NCBI GenBank assembly: GCA_038087875.1 | Contig: CM075996.1 | Span: 7,876,001-7,940,000, forward strand | Source of the DNA: Malacoraja senta | Taxonomy: Eukaryota | DNA length: 64,000 nt | Direction: 5' to 3' | Shown here: positions 62,100-64,000 of the stretch, piece after piece | Numbering within the stretch: the stretch's first letter is position 1 | How the letters are laid out: the number at the start of each line of letters is the position of its first letter | The notes under the pieces: model-generated | The model's database searches: none | Told to the model about the DNA's origin: nothing | Seen by the model: only the letters and a program-made list of their open reading frames with translations | Translations under genes and position numbers: made by a program

Positions 62100-62654
62100 G
62101 TTTTGGTCCCCTAATTTGAGGAAGGACATTCTTGCTATTGAGGGAGTGCAGCGTAGGTTTACAAGGTTAATTCCCGGGATGGCGAGACTGTCATATGCTG
62201 AGAGAATAGAGCAGCTGGGCTTGTAGACTCTGGAGTTTAGAAGGATGAGAGGGGATCTTATTGAAGCATTTAAGTTTGTTAAGGGTTTGGACACGCTAGA
62301 GGCAGGAAACATGTTCCCGATGTTGGGGGAGTCCAGAACCAGGGGCCACAGTTTAAGAATAAGGGGTAAGCCATTTAGAACAGAGACGAGGAAGCACTTT
62401 TTCTCACAGAGAGTTGTGAGTCTGTGGAATTCTCTGCCTCAGAGGGCAGTGGAGGCCGGTTCTCTGGATACTTTCAAGAGAGAGCTAGATAGGGCTCTTA
62501 AAGATAGCGGAGTCAAGGGGATATGGGGAGAAGGCAGGAACGGGGTACTGATTGGGGATGATCAGCCATGATCACATTGAATGGCGGTGCTGGCTCGAAC
62601 AGCCGAATGGCCTCCTCCTGCACCTATTGTCTATTGTCTATTGTCTATTGTCTA
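62100..62654 (+). mobile_element. CR1 LINE 3' end
   Basis: FWSPNLRKDILAIEGVQRRFTRLIPG...; (TATTGTC)n tail. Confidence 0.9.
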
Positions 62655-63331
62655 AAAGGCATTTAGATTGGTACTTGGATAGGAAAGGAGAGGAGAGATA
62701 TGGGCCTAGTGCAGGCAAATGGAATTAGTATGGATAGCCAACATAGTCAGCCTATAGATTAAATAGAGTGCTGTGCCATCCGAAACTATGCAGGTCACAA
62801 TATAGCACTTATTTCTGGTTGTAAAGCATTGATGGGACTTTTATGTGTTTATTTTATAACTGCCTATGGTTGTTGTTCGTGCATAACAGTGGATGCAAAT
62901 CAGTCCAAAATACCCATCACTTCCAGAGACCCACATCAAAGTGCAGTCTTTAATCCTCAGAACTTGTGGGCGATGTGCATATTAGTAACTGTGCGTGTCA
63001 CTATCATGTCACTGTTTCTCCAGAAAGTTCTGGCCTTTAATAAATGAGAGAGCAATCTGTGGCCTTGTCATGTGTTTCAGCATCAGTTCCAAAAAACACT
63101 GGGGTCTCCTGTTCCAGTTGTTCATCACATGCAGTTCTGTAACACAGGTCATTCAGGAAAGTGCTGACATGAAACACATACCTTTGGGCTGCTGTTGCGT
63201 CTGCTTCCAGCACTTTCTCACTCATTCCCTGCCTGTGTTTAATACTCGCAGAGTCACTGTATTAAACAGCAGGGAAGCAGGCCCCAACGTCCACCTTGCA
63301 GAAACAAAGAACTACAGATGCTGGTTTATAC

Positions 63332-63730
63332 CAAAGATCCTATAGCGAGCAAGATGGTCCACTCGACGAAAAATACATAGTCGGTCATGGGCAGATTCAT
63401 GTGTAATTTAAGACACCATTTCCGTAACTGGCTTCCGTCTCCGCACCAAAGATCCAATAGGATAATAGTGCGGTGACGGAAGCCGGTTACGGAAACATCC
63501 TCGTAAAAATAAAATTTATTTGGTAAAAATCTTCTCCTCATTTTCAGAATTTTAATTTATTAACACAAACTGTTCCCCCGCAACGTTGATTACACTGCGA
63601 GTCGGGTCGGGTCGGGTCCGGTTACAGAAATGGATGAAAAAAAGGCCCACGTTCCGCTCCGTTGCGTACTACACGTCAGCCCATTGCATTTAGCAGGAGT
63701 GGTCTATCTTGCTCCGCTATAGGATCTTTG
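63332..63730. mobile_element. hAT-type MITE inserted into a Penelope-derived repeat
   Basis: TIRs CAAAGATCCTATAGCG and CGCTATAGGATCTTTG, 8-bp TSD GTTTATAC. Confidence 0.8.
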
Positions 63731-64000
63731 GTTTATACCAAAGACAGACACAAAATGCTCAGCGGGTCAGGCAGCATCTCGTGAAAAAGGATAGGGTTGG
63801 GACCCTTCTTCTGACCACTTCAGTCCACCATGTTCATGTTGACCCATCTGCACTGTTCTCTGTGTCTTGCCAATGAGAGTGAAAAGTCATTCAGAGCTCA
63901 GGACTGCGTCACCATTCAATCAGATCATGCCAGTGACGTGGTCTCACTCCATATCCTTGACGTTCTTACACAATTATTACTGGCGCTCCTGCATACCTGA

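Overview
Eukaryotic, repeat-dense vertebrate DNA. The repeat set (HE1-like tRNA/V-SINEs, CR1/HER1-like LINEs, Penelope-derived foldback repeats) suggests a cartilaginous fish such as a skate or ray; this is an inference. The only host gene I can support is FOXRED2 on the minus strand. Four consecutive coding exons (25110-25642, 20506-20757, 7303-7587, 1043-1209) have canonical GT-AG sites and matching phases, the gene continues off the left edge, and a GC-rich island at about 37.9-38.3 kb is the candidate promoter/exon 1. The rest is mostly mobile DNA: a full-length but frameshifted DIRS tyrosine-recombinase retrotransposon (44.6-49.5 kb), 13 PIF/Harbinger-type MITEs, a non-autonomous Helitron, hAT and pogo/Tigger MITEs, and L1, L2, CR1, Rex/Babar, RTE, HERO-like, Penelope and Gypsy fragments. 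The top leads are (1) a hammerhead-ribozyme core in a non-circularly permuted, pseudoknotted order in the 3' UTR of a HERO-like LINE, (2) a tight cluster of MARE/ARE (Nrf2/Bach1-type) sites in unique DNA at 57.2 kb resembling an HMOX1-type stress enhancer, and (3) a fully readable DIRS integration junction.
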